Shown here: positions 63,149 to 64,000 of the stretch, one piece after another
Numbering within the stretch: the first letter of the stretch is position 1
Layout of the letters: every line of letters starts with the position of its first letter
Assembly (NCBI GenBank): GCA_028023455.1
Contig: JAQFVV010000011.1
Location: 3,472,001 to 3,536,000, forward strand
DNA: 64,000 bases
Direction: 5' to 3'
DNA from: Epiperipatus broadwayi
Taxonomy: Eukaryota > Animalia > Onychophora
Position numbers and translations under genes: made by a program
The notes under the pieces: generated by a model
Database searches by the model: none
What the model was told of the DNA's origin: nothing
Seen by the model: only the letters and a program-made list of their open reading frames with translations

Positions 63149-63456
63149 GAGAATTGAACTCAGACTTTCAAGTCCTTACAATTATCCATTCCATCTTATG
63201 CAACTAATACATATGACTACATAATATAAAAAATAAATGATTTTCAATATACATATTTTATGCTACACCAGCACTCATCAGTTGGTCCAGATCACCATCT
63301 CCCACACATATATACAATCTGATGAGTGCTGGTTCAGCACAAAATACATGTATTGGAGATCATTTATCTTTTTCACATATATGTGGTCATGGATGTCAGT
63401 TGTAAAAGATGGAGTGGATAGTTAGAGGGAGTTTGAAAGTCTGAATTCAAGTCCCT
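63149..63456. mobile_element. family E foldback with two inactivated hammerheads
   Basis: Minus 63244-63288 (AGCAT-AAAA) and plus 63319-63356 (AGCAC-AAAA); both G12>A. Confidence 0.9.
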
Positions 63457-64000
63457 TAATTACATTAAGTTTAGTATAGACAATATACATGTATTTAAAT
63501 ATTATAATTAAATATCTATATTTTTATATTCATTACAACATTCAATTTGTGACATAGATCTATATATGAATTCATAAATATATTGCAAACCGAACATCGC
63601 AAACATATTTAAAAACTATACATATATGATGAAGTCATTTCATAATACTGCAAATATTTAAATATTATAAGAAACAAGTAATGTAAGGTTTTGCCAATTT
63701 CAGCTCTGAAAAAGACTGATCAAACAGTTATAAAGTCAAGAAAGGATGATAATAAAACAACGAAGGAAGGATGATTTACAACCAGTGTTCAAAGAATAAA
63801 TTAAGCATCTTGTATTACTATTACAGAATATTTAACTACGCGTTTAAATGTTATTATAAAAAGATCAAAATAAATTTGCTTGTGTGAAAATAATAATGTT
63901 TTTTTCACTTATTTATAGTAAAAGTTTGCAACATGGCTTAATTTAATTAAACATGGAAACAATTAAGTTATAAGGTTAAACACAAATGCATCGAAACAAA

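Noticed and set aside
1-64000. CRISPR array, rRNA or prokaryotic operon
   Set aside because: No regularly spaced repeat-spacer array, rRNA-like sequence or dense ORFs; the sequence is eukaryotic repeat-rich DNA.

Overview
AT-rich (roughly 70% by eye), CpG-depleted eukaryotic DNA, most likely from an invertebrate animal. There are no prokaryotic genes, rRNA or CRISPR, and I could not establish an intact host protein-coding gene; there are only low-confidence AG/GT-bounded exon candidates on the + strand, several with in-frame stops. The window is dominated by mobile DNA: a ~4.8-kb decayed LINE with PHD + SGNH-esterase ORF1 and APE/RT ORF2 (13230-18050, -), three RTE LINE fragments, two Penelope-like GIY-YIG remnants, a Merlin/ISXO2 transposase remnant, two hAT MITE families (two copies each) and a ~110-bp tRNA-derived SINE (three copies with TSDs). 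The most striking signal is about 30 type I hammerhead ribozyme motifs (about 11 with an intact canonical core) from at least five families of non-coding repeats. Nearly all have a short palindromic stem III. Most of these repeats are inserted as foldbacks with both element 3' ends pointing outward, often flanked by 9-14 bp target-site duplications. The two Penelope remnants share a non-canonical core with a compensatory A3-U8 pair. All structures were read by eye; none was folded or searched computationally.
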